A DNA stretch of 64,000 nt from Chitinophagales bacterium (lineage in GTDB: Bacteria; Bacteroidota; Bacteroidia; Chitinophagales; JADIYW01), in contig JAMLHI010000004.1 in the NCBI GenBank assembly GCA_023957235.1, forward strand, positions 75,422 through 139,421, written 5' to 3'. A program made the position numbers and the translations under genes. The notes beneath the pieces are model-generated. The model did no database searches, had not been told where the DNA came from, and saw only the letters and a list, made by a program, of their open reading frames with translations. Shown here piece by piece: positions 31,408 to 42,000 of this stretch; position 1 is the first letter of the stretch, and each line of letters begins with the position of its first letter.

Positions 31408-32544
31408 TTATTTATGTTGTTCGTAATCTTTTAAAACGCTTTTTTGTTCCAAGTCTCCTCGTTTTATTTGTTTATTTCTATCCATTAAGTGGTGAATGAG
31501 TATGTTTTGAATCTTAAGAACACTCGGAAAAAAATGATTATATTTTACTGTTGGGATTTTTAAAGACGAAAGTATGTGTCGGTCTAATAAATAATTGGAA
31601 ACAGATTTATGTATGTAATCCATATTGTCAGAAATAAAATCCAACTTAAATAAGGATAAAGGTGTGTTTTCATTGACCAGAGAATTGGCAAGTATAATGC
31701 TATTATTGTCGGGTAGAGCTTGTTTACTCGTCCAGTAATACAAAAATTCGACTGCTTGTTTTTTATTATCTGGAATAAGAGATGCATCCACACCTAATAG
31801 CCAAGTGTTGTATTTCCATAAGTGAAAAACACCATCTTCTTCTTCTTGAGTAAATTGAAAATTTAATTGTCTGAGTCCATACAGAAAATAGAGTGAAAAG
31901 GCACATTTTGTTGCAATCATATCTAAAATATTAATTGGAGTACCTAAAGAAGATATTGGCCAATCAGGATGTTTCTTTAAAATTGCCAATCTCGATATGG
32001 AGTGTATTAATCGGATTTTTAAACAAGACTCCAACCTCTTGTCATTGTCTTCAATTTCTTTTCTGCTTGTGTTTATCCAAAAATTTAAAGTATTATAAAG
32101 CCTTTGTGTTGCTCCCTTTTTCAATGCTCCTGTTGCAATTAATGGTTGAGTGAGATTGGAAAAATAGTATCCACCCATTAGTGAGAAATCTCTTAAAACT
32201 AAAAGACCTATTAATCCACATCTCTCACTCAGTTCTCCACCTTTTTGAATAAGACTTTCATTGAGCCAATTTGGCTTTGATTTCATTTTGTAAAATAGGG
32301 AGAGCACTTCTTGAGGAAGAGCGTCTAATTGTCCATTTGAATATAAAAATTTTGAGATGCTTCCAAATGATTGATTTTCTTGGCAAATTGTTATGATTTC
32401 ATCACATTCATCATCTATTTTGAAATAATATTTGTCGAGATATTCCATGTTTTTAATACTCAAATTTCCTTTTGCCCATGATTGAAAACCATGACCATTC
32501 CCTTTACTCCAGAATAAGTGAAATTGATGCTGAAAATTTGTCAT
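31408..32544 (-). CDS. DUF2236 (MpaB/oxygenase-like) family protein
   Basis: Length 378 aa. The motif LKIRLIHSISRL resembles the conserved R-x-x-H-x-x-x-R helix of DUF2236. It is wedged between CoA-transferase subunits A and B on the same strand. Confidence 0.55.
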   Translation of the reverse strand: MTNFQHQFHLFWSKGNGHGFQSWAKGNLSIKNMEYLDKYYFKIDDECDEIITICQENQSFGSISKFLYSNGQLDALPQEVLSLFYKMKSKPNWLNESLIQKGGELSERCGLIGLLVLRDFSLMGGYYFSNLTQPLIATGALKKGATQRLYNTLNFWINTSRKEIEDNDKRLESCLKIRLIHSISRLAILKKHPDWPISSLGTPINILDMIATKCAFSLYFLYGLRQLNFQFTQEEEDGVFHLWKYNTWLLGVDASLIPDNKKQAVEFLYYWTSKQALPDNNSIILANSLVNENTPLSLFKLDFISDNMDYIHKSVSNYLLDRHILSSLKIPTVKYNHFFPSVLKIQNILIHHLMDRNKQIKRGDLEQKSVLKDYEQHK

Positions 32545-32620
32545 GGTAAAAGATTTGAATGATTAAATTTCTTTGAAATTGACCTTAATATCTATTGTCT
32601 TAGGGTAGTTGATAAACTGA

Positions 32621-33313
32621 TTATAACTGAACAGTTACTTTTTCTATTCTCTTTTCATAGTCTTTTCCTTGAAAAATTCTGTGTACATATATTCCAGGTA
32701 CATGAATGTCATCAGGGTCAATTTCTCCAGCAGGGACTAGTTCTTCTACCTCAGCAATTGTGATTTGGCCAGCCTTTGCCATTGCAACACTAAAATTTCT
32801 TGTTGTTTTTCTAAATACTAGATTACCCAAGGTGTCGCCTTTCCAAGCTTTCACTAGACTAAAATCTGCATGCAAAGCATGTTCCATTAGATACATCTTT
32901 CCATTGAACTCTCTGATTTCTTTGCCTTCTGCAACTTCAGTACCATAGCCTGCAGGTGTGAAAAAGGCTGGAATACCCAAGCCTGCCATTGCTATACGGG
33001 TTGCTAGTGTTCCTTGTGGTACTAAATCCACTTCTAGCTCTTGACTAAGAAGTTGTTTTTCAAATTCTTTATTTTCTCCTACATAAGAAGAAATCATTTT
33101 TTTGACTTGTTTGGTTTTTAACATCAAGCCTATGCCAAAATCATCTACTCCAGCATTATTTGAAATACAAGTAAGGCGATCTGGTCCTTTTTGAACTAGT
33201 GCTGAAATCATATTTTCTGGAATACCATTGAGCCCAAAACCTCCAAGCATTAAGGTGGCTCCTGATTCTATATCGAAAATTGCTGATAAGGCATCTTTAA
33301 ATACTTTGTTCAT
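32621..33313 (-). CDS. 3-oxoacid CoA-transferase subunit A
   Basis: N-terminal GATLMLGGFGLNGIPENMI, with GTLATRI and PAGYGT blocks. Length is 230 aa. Confidence 0.93.
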   Translation of the reverse strand: MNKVFKDALSAIFDIESGATLMLGGFGLNGIPENMISALVQKGPDRLTCISNNAGVDDFGIGLMLKTKQVKKMISSYVGENKEFEKQLLSQELEVDLVPQGTLATRIAMAGLGIPAFFTPAGYGTEVAEGKEIREFNGKMYLMEHALHADFSLVKAWKGDTLGNLVFRKTTRNFSVAMAKAGQITIAEVEELVPAGEIDPDDIHVPGIYVHRIFQGKDYEKRIEKVTVQL

Positions 33314-33516
33314 GAATAAATAACTGTTTTTGGTTAGAGCTAATTTACTAAAGTTTTTATTAACTCGCTTTTATTTTCCTATTGGTGATATTTAGCCTAT
33401 AGATAATAAAGGTTTAAATTGGCTGCAATGGAGGTTTTTTGAAAGAAATGAAAGAGTTTTTTTGATTCTTTCTTTTTTCAAAGTGCTTTTTGTATTTTTA
33501 TGTAATTGAGAAATTT

Positions 33517-34941
33517 ATGTCTAATCAGGTACATGCTTTTACAAATGATGTATTAGGTAATTTAGATGCCGTAGGTATTGCTACTGCTATTCGTGAAAAA
33601 AAGATATCAGTAGGAGAGGTTACTCATGCTGCAATAGAAAGAGCTGAAAAAGTAAATAGCCAACTAGGTGCTATTGTTTTGAAGACTTATGATGATGCCA
33701 GAAATATGAAGCAGGTCAATCAACAAGGTTTTTTTTATGGAGTACCTACATTTATTAAAGATAATGAAAATATTAAAGGACATCCCAGTCAGTTTGGAAC
33801 AGGTGTGTTTAAGGCAAAAGTAGCTACAGCTAATGGAAGTTTTGCTAATCAAATGCTCCATACTGGATTGAATTATTTGGGAAAAACTTCTCTACCTGAA
33901 TTTGGTTTAATTTGCAGCACTGAAAATGAAAAATGGGGCATTACTAGAAATCCTTGGAGCATTCAACATACTACTGGTGGTTCATCTTCTGGGTCTGCAG
34001 CTATGGTAGCGAGTGGTGTAGTACCGATAGCTCATGCTAATGATGGTGCTGGCTCAATAAGAATTCCAGCTTCATGTTGTGGATTGGTAGGGCTGAAACC
34101 ATCGAGAAATAGACTGGTCAATTTTGATGGCTCTCAAGTATTGCCTATTAATATTGGTTATCAAGGAGTGTTAACTCGTTCAGTAAGAGATACAGCTGCA
34201 TTTATGTTTGAGGCTGAGAAATTTTTTAAAAATTCTAAAATGCCTTCAATTGGCAATGTTGTATCTCCTTTAAAGAAAAGATTGAAAATTGCATTTTTTG
34301 AAAATCAAGATTTACATTTAACTGGCCATGTTGATGAGGATACACATCGAGTATTGAAAGAGACCGCAAATTTGCTTAGTTCTTTGGGTCATATAGTTGA
34401 AGAAATCAAGATTCCTATTGATATCGATCATATCAGAAAACATTTTCTTAATTATTATGGATTTATAGCTTTTTTGGAAACTAGAATGTTGTATTTGATG
34501 TCTGGGGAAAAATTTATGAGCAATAAGATGGAGCCATTTAGTTATGGTTTGAGCAACCGATTTGCTAAGAATCCTCTTCGTATTTTCAATAGTATCAATG
34601 TTTTGAAGAAAACTATTACCCAATTAGAAAAAGATTTATTGAAGAGATATGATATTTTATTAACGCCAGTTACTGCTTTGAGAACACCTGAAATTGGCTA
34701 TTTCTCTCCACTTTTGTCTAGTAAAGAAATTATCAGAAGAGCATCATTTTTTGCTCCATTTGCTGGAATGCAAAATGTGACAGGAGCTCCAGCTATTTCA
34801 TTGCCTATGGGTGTGGATAGCAGAGGTCTGCCACTAGGGATGCAGTTTTCGTCACTTTTTGGACAAGATGCATTGCTTTTGGAGTTGGCTTATGAGTTGG
34901 AGCTTGCCCGTCCATGGAAGCATTTGTTTAATGTTGGGTAG
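33517..34941 (+). CDS. Amidase-signature family amidase
   Basis: AS signature GGSSSGSAAMVASGVVPIAHANDGAGSIRIPASCCGLVGLKPS. I take the start at ATG 33517 (MSNQVHAF); the raw ORF begins at TTG 33490. Confidence 0.9.
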   Translation: MSNQVHAFTNDVLGNLDAVGIATAIREKKISVGEVTHAAIERAEKVNSQLGAIVLKTYDDARNMKQVNQQGFFYGVPTFIKDNENIKGHPSQFGTGVFKAKVATANGSFANQMLHTGLNYLGKTSLPEFGLICSTENEKWGITRNPWSIQHTTGGSSSGSAAMVASGVVPIAHANDGAGSIRIPASCCGLVGLKPSRNRLVNFDGSQVLPINIGYQGVLTRSVRDTAAFMFEAEKFFKNSKMPSIGNVVSPLKKRLKIAFFENQDLHLTGHVDEDTHRVLKETANLLSSLGHIVEEIKIPIDIDHIRKHFLNYYGFIAFLETRMLYLMSGEKFMSNKMEPFSYGLSNRFAKNPLRIFNSINVLKKTITQLEKDLLKRYDILLTPVTALRTPEIGYFSPLLSSKEIIRRASFFAPFAGMQNVTGAPAISLPMGVDSRGLPLGMQFSSLFGQDALLLELAYELELARPWKHLFNVG

Positions 34942-35051
34942 GGTATTATTAAAGTTGCCTCGTCCTAAAATAGTTGACAGGTGAAATGTTGTCCTATATA
35001 ATTTGGTGCTTTCTTAAGAATAGTTGATTGATAGAAATGCAATGAAAATTA

Positions 35052-35951
35052 TTAAATTTTACGTTTGTTTCTTATTCGTCTGACTAAGAAAAACAGAATG
35101 AAAACCAAGATGAAATAAGGCCAAGAAGCCATTATCCAAAGAAGTAAATTGACTATTGATATCCAGCCATTATGTATAGATGTTTTTACTCTTTCTGTAA
35201 ATTTATCTTGAGGCTCTGGTTTGTAAACAAATGCCTTTTCCTGAAAAATATGAATATTTAATGTACTGAAAGACACTTGGTCGCTTAAATATTTTAATTG
35301 CCCTTCTTTACTTTCAATTTCTTCTTGCAGCACTCTGATACTTTCTTCAATATCAATAATATCTTTAACTGTTGAAGCCTTGGCTAGTAATTCTTTGTAT
35401 CTTTTGAGATATTCTTTTTTGTTTGTCAATCGAGTTTCAATATCAAGATATGCTTCTGTCACATCTCTTGCTTGAATACTTTTACTTTTGATTTCATCTT
35501 TTCCTTGTTCAATATTAGAAATTAGATTTTCAAAATTGTCTGACGGAATACGAATTTTGAGTTGATAAGCAATAGAGTAGTCATCATTTTGTAAATCTTC
35601 GCTTTCGTAATATGCATTATATTTTTTCAATAAGAAATTGATAGCTTTCTTACTAGTCTGGATATCTTTAGTTTTCACTGAGATATATCCATCTTTGATT
35701 ATTTTTTTCTTGTGGACAGTTACTTGCTGGCCTGTTTTTTCATCTTTATTTGAAGGGCTAGATTCTATAGCTTCATCTGTAGTAGGAGTTGATTTTACAT
35801 CTTCATTTAGTTGAACAGCATCGCTTTTTTCCATTGATATTTCTGCGTTGCTTCCTTGTGAGTAGGTGACAATATTCTCTTGATTTGAATTGCAAGAAAT
35901 ATGGATGGTCAATAGGACTATTAGAAGTATTAAAATATTTGTTTTCATCAA
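35052..35951 (-). CDS. DUF4349-like membrane-anchored lipoprotein
   Basis: Lipoprotein-type signal (LTIHISCNS), a coiled central region and a C-terminal TM helix (WPYFILVFILFFLV). Confidence 0.5.
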   Translation of the reverse strand: MMKTNILILLIVLLTIHISCNSNQENIVTYSQGSNAEISMEKSDAVQLNEDVKSTPTTDEAIESSPSNKDEKTGQQVTVHKKKIIKDGYISVKTKDIQTSKKAINFLLKKYNAYYESEDLQNDDYSIAYQLKIRIPSDNFENLISNIEQGKDEIKSKSIQARDVTEAYLDIETRLTNKKEYLKRYKELLAKASTVKDIIDIEESIRVLQEEIESKEGQLKYLSDQVSFSTLNIHIFQEKAFVYKPEPQDKFTERVKTSIHNGWISIVNLLLWIMASWPYFILVFILFFLVRRIRNKRKI

Positions 35952-36130
35952 TTTACCATTTTAGTGGTTGGGGGTTAGATAAATAAGATTGCTTTGTGGA
36001 GGTATATTTATATTTCTATCAAACGACTTCAATATAAAAATATTTTAATATTGAGTCGCTATAAATATTTTGCTTTGATATTTGGATGATATGGAATGAT
36101 TGAACTCAACAATATTTGTCTGATATTCAA

Positions 36131-36868
36131 TTATATCAATAACTTGCCACTTTCTTTTTTTAGCCATTGGAGATGTTTTCTATATTCAGGCATCGCTTTT
36201 TCTACTAATGCCCAAAATCTATCGGAATGATTCATTTCAAAGCGGTGAGCTAATTCATGTAAAATGACATAATCACAGACTTCAGGAGGTACTAAGAGCA
36301 ATCTTGTGGAAAGGCTAATTGCCCCAGTGCTAGAGCAGCTTCCCCATCTAGAAGTAGTGTATCTCAATGTTATTTTATTTAAATCTGCTTGAAAATATTG
36401 CTGATTGAGTTCTTTTACCCGTTTTTGTATGTCTAATAAAAAATATCTATTTAGTCCTTTAATCAATAAATCTTTTGATTCTTGATATAAATCTTCTTGA
36501 TGATTGGATAAATGGATAGGTAAATAAAATTTAATAGTGTTTTGTGGTGAAAACCTTAATGTCAGTCTATCTCCAGCAACAAAATGTTGTTCAATTTGAT
36601 AGTTTTGACCTAAAATTTGAATGGTATTACCTGATAGAAAACTGTCTTTATGTGTCGGAGAATATAATTGTTTTTCAGAGATTGTTTTGGTTGCCCATTG
36701 GATAAGCTCTTGAGTTGATTTATCTCTTTGAGATGAGGTCATTCCCTTGGGGATACGTATAATAATTTGATTTTTCTTTAGAGCAATTCTAGCATGCTTC
36801 CTGATTTCTATTATAATTTTGACAGGTACAGGCAATTCCTGAATTTTAGCAAGCAACTTTTCGTTCAT
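36131..36868 (-). CDS. DUF45 / M48-like (YgjP-type) zinc-dependent hydrolase
   Basis: HExxH motif in VILHELAHRFEMNHSDRFW, typical of the YgjP/DUF45 family. It lies 15 nt downstream of the 710-aa paralog on the same strand. Confidence 0.75.
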   Translation of the reverse strand: MNEKLLAKIQELPVPVKIIIEIRKHARIALKKNQIIIRIPKGMTSSQRDKSTQELIQWATKTISEKQLYSPTHKDSFLSGNTIQILGQNYQIEQHFVAGDRLTLRFSPQNTIKFYLPIHLSNHQEDLYQESKDLLIKGLNRYFLLDIQKRVKELNQQYFQADLNKITLRYTTSRWGSCSSTGAISLSTRLLLVPPEVCDYVILHELAHRFEMNHSDRFWALVEKAMPEYRKHLQWLKKESGKLLI

Positions 36869-36883
36869 TCCTATTGAAGATAT

Positions 36884-39016
36884 TTAGTTGGACTCAGTTT
36901 TAATCATTTGATTATAAGCTTGTATAAATATGGCACCAAGATTTTTATGAGGTGGTACATAATCCAAAAATCTTTCATAGCTTTTGCCACTACCTTTGAG
37001 CTTGTTATCTAAGTCTTTCCATAAATTTGTCCATACCAGTTCGTTTTTATCTTTCAATACCTTGCTCATTTCCACTAATAAAGCATTATTGACAGTATAT
37101 GTTCCGATTTGTTTAGATGCTATTATTTGTGCATTTGGAGCTCTTTTGATTACCTCTGAAAGATTATGATACCCGCCACAGGAGCCTAGAAAAACAACTT
37201 TAGCATATTCTGGAATTTGACTGATTGTATTCATTGCATAATAGCTATGTCCTCTATGGACAATAATTGAAGGATGAATGTCTCCATTTTGTATTTTCTG
37301 AACCAATTTTTCTTGACCTTCTCTTTCAAAAAGCGGTTTGTTGGCATATATAGTAGTCGCTTGTTTTCCTTTTCCTTTTATGACTACAAAGTAGGTAGAA
37401 TCCTGAATCTGATATCCAGCATTTTTAAAAGATCCAATAAAAGTGCTAAAAGAAGTAAGACCATCTTCGTCGTCAAAGAAAAAATGCAATTGTGTGGTAC
37501 CTAAAGAGTCAGCAAAAGATTCTATAGCTATTTGGTCAACTGCAGGGAGCTTGTAATTTTCAAGTAAATCAACAAAATTGGAGTCTGTCTGATTGTTTCC
37601 CATTTTTTGATATAATAATTTGAGCAAAAGTCCATATAGCACTCTGCTGTCTTTGCTTAACTGAGGGAGGCAAAATTCTTCTTTGAGATAAATTTCAAAT
37701 GTTTTGAGGTAGTTGAGGTTTTCTAAGCTGCCAAAAGTATCTACAACATAAACTGCTTCAGCAATATTTCCATCATCTCCATTCAATTCAGAAACAAATT
37801 TTTTAAGGATTTCAGTAGCTTGTTCTTGAGGCATAGTAGATAGAAATGTTTCTAAGGTATTATATCCAGCACACAGCTTAATAAATGTCCTGAACTTATT
37901 AAAATTGACTTGCTCCATTAAATAATAGCCATTCAATCCTTCACTTTTCATTTTGATTAATAATCTTTCAAAAAGGCCATTAAAAGTAGAAGTAAATATT
38001 TCCTCAGGACTATAGACGATTAAGGTATATAACTCAGAGGCTCCCATTGCCTTGACATTAGCAAATCGTTTGCTTGTATCTGTCAAGTCATGTAATTCAT
38101 TGACTTTCCTCACTTCCTCAAGTGCACGAATACTCAATTCTTGTTCTATATCATATTTGCCAATTGTACTATTCTGTTGTTTGGCTTGAATAAGTGCATT
38201 AAGGTAAGTAAGTGGATATTGAGAGACACTATTCAGCAAATCGGAAGAGATGTTATTATGATAAATTAAATCAATAAAATAATAGACTTTAGACTCGTTG
38301 CCATATTTATTGTACAAGTCTATCAATATTCGAACTATACTATCTTGACTTTCAGAAATAATTGCATTGACACTGTTTTTGCTATTGAAATATTTTTTTA
38401 CTGTCATCGGTGAAACCCTAGCCACTTCTTCAATAATTTTCAAAGTATAAGTTTCAGTAGAGTATAAGTTTAAGTTTTTAAGTACTTCGCTGGGGTATAA
38501 AAGTGCTGCTTTGAGTAAAAACGGCTCCGCTTCATCATTTTCTTTATAAAAAGTTATATTATTAATAGAAGATACAATATCTCTAAGCAGATAATTTTGA
38601 AAATCATCATCTTCTTTATGTTTTAGAATACTGTAGATATTTTTAAACATTCTCTCATAGTAGTCTAAAAAGTGATAATTATTAGGAGATATTTTGCTTA
38701 AAATATTATATACCTGAAGTAAATAACCGTAGCTGATAGCACCATCAGTATTTTTATCTTCAATTATCTCTTGGATAGAATCTACTAATTGAATATAGAT
38801 ATGGCTTGCTTTTTCAGTAAGTTTTGAATCTTTAAATGTGATAATGCTATCATTAGTGCCATCAAGAATATCCAAATACTTTTGTTGTTGGTCAATTCTT
38901 TCATGAAATGCCAATCTTTGAATATTGAATTTTTCAGCCTGTCCCCATAATGTATTTTGGGACATAAACATGATGATTAAGACAAAATAGAATTTATTTA
39001 ATTTCCAAAATATCAT
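36884..39016 (-). CDS. Large secreted protein of unknown function, paralog B (710 aa)
   Basis: Signal-like N-terminus (FYFVLIIMFMSQNTLWGQA), a long helical region and a C-terminal alpha/beta-looking domain with IIVHRGHS and FLGSCGG. It aligns clearly by eye with the C-terminal ~650 aa of the upstream 1021-aa protein. The start overlaps the upstream stop by 23 nt. Confidence 0.8.
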   Translation of the reverse strand: MIFWKLNKFYFVLIIMFMSQNTLWGQAEKFNIQRLAFHERIDQQQKYLDILDGTNDSIITFKDSKLTEKASHIYIQLVDSIQEIIEDKNTDGAISYGYLLQVYNILSKISPNNYHFLDYYERMFKNIYSILKHKEDDDFQNYLLRDIVSSINNITFYKENDEAEPFLLKAALLYPSEVLKNLNLYSTETYTLKIIEEVARVSPMTVKKYFNSKNSVNAIISESQDSIVRILIDLYNKYGNESKVYYFIDLIYHNNISSDLLNSVSQYPLTYLNALIQAKQQNSTIGKYDIEQELSIRALEEVRKVNELHDLTDTSKRFANVKAMGASELYTLIVYSPEEIFTSTFNGLFERLLIKMKSEGLNGYYLMEQVNFNKFRTFIKLCAGYNTLETFLSTMPQEQATEILKKFVSELNGDDGNIAEAVYVVDTFGSLENLNYLKTFEIYLKEEFCLPQLSKDSRVLYGLLLKLLYQKMGNNQTDSNFVDLLENYKLPAVDQIAIESFADSLGTTQLHFFFDDEDGLTSFSTFIGSFKNAGYQIQDSTYFVVIKGKGKQATTIYANKPLFEREGQEKLVQKIQNGDIHPSIIVHRGHSYYAMNTISQIPEYAKVVFLGSCGGYHNLSEVIKRAPNAQIIASKQIGTYTVNNALLVEMSKVLKDKNELVWTNLWKDLDNKLKGSGKSYERFLDYVPPHKNLGAIFIQAYNQMIKTESN

Positions 39017-42000
39017 ATAATGCTCTTATTAGTATAGCTCCTGCATTTTTATGAGGAGGTATATAATCTTTAAAATATGGGTTTGAACCTACTCTTTGGT
39101 TCATTTTATTCCAAAAGTCAGACCAAACTATATCTTTCCCGCTACGAATATCATCATTGATTTGCTTAAATAAAGGATCGTTGATATACATGGTTCCGAC
39201 ATTTCTATTACAAAGAATCTGTGCGCCCGGAGCCCTATCTATTGCAATCTGTTGAACATGGTATCCTCCACAAGAGCCGTCTAAGATGAGTTTGGCAGAA
39301 GCTGGGATACGGGAGAAAGTCTTAATAGTATGTGTGCTTAATCCACGGTGAACTACAATTTGTGGGTCTAAAGCATTTTTTTTCATGTATTCGGTCATGT
39401 CAGAAATGCCTTTTTCTCCTTCTCTGGCTTTGTTGGCAAAGATATCTATCTTTTTTCCAGTTTTTGATTGAATGAGTACAAAGGTTCCTAAATCTTTTAT
39501 GCTCCATTCAATATGACTACGTTCATAGGAACGAATAAAGTTATTGTATGATCCAATACCATCTTCGTCATTATAAAAATAGTATTGTTGAACATTGGTC
39601 AATTGTTGGTTAAATAGTGAATATACGGGTAAAACATCTACCGCAGGTAAAATATATTTTTCAGCAGCATATTTTGCCCAGCCATCTTCTATTTTGGGAG
39701 AAATCAAAGTAGATAAAATCCCATAAATAGCTACTCCTTTATCCAATTTTTGAGACTCTACTCTTTCATATTCTAATTTTAGCTGCTGATGAAGCATTTG
39801 AACTATGGATGGACTATTTAAGCTGATAAAAATATCGGCAACTTGTATGGCATCATTTTCTGACAGATTTTCAAGACCACCCATTAACATTTCAATGATT
39901 TGACTCTTTTCGGTAGATGTGAATGCATTGAAAATAGTATCTAATACGTCATAATAAGCACATTTTCGTAAAAACTTTTTGTAGTTATTGAATCCCAGAC
40001 TTTTTAATAGTGGAAATATATTTTTTTGAGGAGATTTGTTAATCAGCTCTTTTAACATTTTATTGAAACTACTTTGGATAATTTCATCTTCACCATAAGT
40101 GATATAAGTATATAATTCTTCTGGGCTAAGTGTAGAAAGTTGTTCGTTGAAATAGTTGTCCGTATTTTCCGAAATATTCAAATTTCTTACAAATTTCAAA
40201 GCACTAACAGATATTGTTTCTTCAAGGGAGTATCGTCCCATGACATTGGGGTTTGCAAGTAAATGGATGATTCTCGTTGTTAGTTGACTATTGTTTTGGC
40301 AAATGCTATCAGCTTTTAAAATTGAAAGTTTATGATGATAGATATCATCTAAAAGTAGATAAGCTCTAGTATTTATTCCTGCAGTTTCATTGATTTTATA
40401 TAAGGTTTTGATGACACTGTCCTGGCTATTTTTGAACAAGTAGTTCCACGGATGAGTGGGTTGGATAATATAGTTCTTGGTCGTCAGGGGAGCTATTCTT
40501 CCTATGTTTTTAAGTGCATCAATTCCTTGCTTTTTTAATTTTATTTTATCAAGATTTCTAATGATTTCTAAAGGGTATATTTTTGAGATATATTGGAGTA
40601 GTTCGTTTGAATAAGGTTCATCAATCCATTCAGATATCTTTTCCAATGCAAAAAAGGGTGCATCTTTCCATTTGATAAGGATTTTCTCTTGGTCAGACAG
40701 ATTAAAATAATAAGTCTTGATGAAATATGCCGGAGCTTTGGGTTTGGGGAGACTTGTTTTTATTGTAGAATTAGAGCTAATATTTAGAGAAGCATTGATA
40801 CTATCCAATTGTTTAGGACTGAGTTCAGCTCTCCTTTTTTGAAGATATGTTTTCAAAGTATCTCCCCCACAAAGGATTCCCCATGTTTGTTCTAAATGAT
40901 CATGAGTTATTCTTTCTTGAAAAGCATAAATTTCTTTTAGAGGAATGCTATTCAGAAAATTTTCAGAGAGGGCTGTTTTTTGATTGGATGAAAATATCCA
41001 TTTAATAAAAGCATCCAATTCTGATGGAGAAAGCATCTTATACATAACAAAAAGAGCCTGAATTCTACTACTATCTTTTATCGTTGCAAATGACTCCATT
41101 TGCCAGTTTTCGGGAGCTGAATTTTTGAACTGCTTAATTTTTTTGATGTATTTAAATGTGATATCATTCCATTTTTGCTGTATTGCAGTTGATGCAATAA
41201 GTGGTGGATTAATGACAAGTGGCAATATATTATTGATGAGAGTAGATTCGTTATTAGACAATTGCTCAGCTTGTTCTATACTCATCTGATTTTTGGAAAT
41301 ATAGGGTAGGAGATAGTAGGGATGTTGGCTATATCTGTATTTTTTGTAGATTTCAAATAATATTTTTATATCGGGATGAGTGCTTTTAGACAATTCGGTT
41401 TTTACGAGATTATTATAATGCATAAATTGACTGAAAGTATTTGGGCTATTTAAAATCGCAGCTACTAAATCTTTAGCGTCTAAGCAGTAATCCAATTTTG
41501 AAAACTGTGCAATCAATTCCTGTGGTCTTTCTTTAGACATTTGCAAAGTAGCTTCTTCCGAAATTTCTGCTGGTAATAGTATTTTTACTGCCGAATAATA
41601 ATCTGGTAAAAGTTGATAAACCCATGATTTCATATCTATACTCTTATCATGTCCAGCCTTTAAAATAGCAAGAGCCTGAAAAAAAACATCATCATAGACA
41701 GTGCTATTATACTTTTTGAAAGTAGATACTTGTATATATGTTAGATAGCGATTGAGTAGTTGGAAATAGATATCTGATTGATAGCTTGAAGACTTGACCC
41801 ATTCTTGAATTTCATTTAAATAGTTGAAATTATCTTCTGAAAGTGCAATGCTATCCTGTTTGAATCGTTGGATATGATTGGAAATAATATCTGATTCTAT
41901 AGTGGTTGCTTTGGCAAAATCAATGGAAGAAAAGAAAGTGAAAAAGATAAAAAAATATATAGCTAATACTCGCATTAGGGCATGATATGGTGTATAAGGT

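Noticed and set aside
33430-33480. An imperfect inverted repeat (ttgaaagaaatgaaaga ... ttctttcttttttcaaag) upstream of the amidase gene.
   Set aside because: The arms only pair with a 6-nt bulge and consist of purine/pyrimidine runs, so the structure is not convincing.
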